A stretch of 19,346 nucleotides of DNA from Torpedo marmorata (taxonomy: Eukaryota), in assembly GCA_977017645.1 (NCBI GenBank). It is one part of the record OZ360238.1 of this genome. The stretch is one strand, 5' to 3'. Both the position numbers and the translations under genes were made by a program. The notes below the pieces were generated by a model, which was not told where the DNA came from, did no database searches, and saw nothing but the letters and a program-made list of their open reading frames with translations. Positions 18,444 through 19,346 of the stretch are shown here, piece after piece. Numbering within the stretch: position 1 is the first letter of the stretch; each line of letters starts with the position of its first letter.

Positions 18444-19346
18444 ATAAACCGCAGGAGGAAAGTAAGAAAGAACATAAAGATATTTTCTGGTTTCCGGTCG
18501 ATGTTTTAACTAATCGATCAAATAACACTGTGGTCACTTTTGCAACGAGGGAGATAAGAGGCAGTGAATTGGCATGGCAAATCGTGGGCGAGTTACTCAG
18601 AAAGAAAATAAGGGGGGGTGGAATAGATGTCAAATTAGGCCGGTTTAAAGCAAAAATCAACTGTTGTGTGTTGGGGGCGCGTATAGTGGGCGCGGACACC
18701 GGGATCTGAAGTTGATAAGACGAAAAGACGAGGGTCCTAATTTGTGCAAGAAAACAGCTCGTGCGTGCAAAAGAGCATCATCCAATCCAAACATGGCATG
18801 AAATTACTCTGTGCGGTTAGCAAGACATACCTGCTCCATTGATGAACAGTGAGAAAGCCTCATAATAACGGTCAGGAGGAAAGTTCAACGAATCTGATGG
18901 TTTCACCTTCTTATGTAACATGTCAATAATAATTTCCAGTAATGAAGGGCAGGCTTTAAGGGACCTCTCTGTACACATACAGTATCTTGTAAATAGGTAT
19001 AATAGCACAACTGGCAGGGGACACATTGAAAAAAGAGTATCTAAACTAATGGCCGAAGTCCCTGTATAAATGGAGAATCAACAAGGAATCTTTCAACTGA
19101 ATCTGCACAATTCACTTGGAATCGTTCGCTGCACCGGCCCTTGGCATGCTTGCTTCACTAGTTCCATCATACGTCACGTGAGAGGACGAAACCAAAATAT
19201 TAAACCCATACAAACGCAAAAAGGCTCAAATGATTACGTAAACACATGAGGAATCTGAACGAAAGCAGATCTTGACGGCCCCTTGTCCATTTAATAGGTC
19301 AATTAAAACCTCTTTCCATTTACCAGTGACTACAAAATGTTTAGGA

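Noticed and set aside
1-19346. Prokaryotic systems (CRISPR, operons, defence islands), rRNA or tRNA genes
   Set aside because: The sequence is vertebrate, with no regularly spaced repeat array and no recognisable structural RNA gene.

Overview
Vertebrate genomic DNA, most likely from a cartilaginous fish and probably a ray (judged from recalled elasmobranch repeat consensuses, not a search). There is one protein-coding gene: an uninterrupted c-Maf (MAF) large-Maf bZIP ORF on the minus strand (13268..14257, 329 aa). It has a TATA/CCAAT promoter near 14800-15000, a leader of about 550 nt with two uORFs, and an AT-rich 3' UTR with microRNA seed sites and microsatellites. The stop codon overlaps a consensus splice donor. 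The rest is non-coding flank with decayed CR1-LINE, SINE and Penelope-like fragments, a locally duplicated ~300-bp SINE/LINE chimera, candidate enhancers and two assembly gaps. All other ORFs look like noise. I see no evidence for a wholly new biological system. The best leads are the regulatory architecture of MAF, the duplicated chimeric retroposon and a degenerate hammerhead-like motif.
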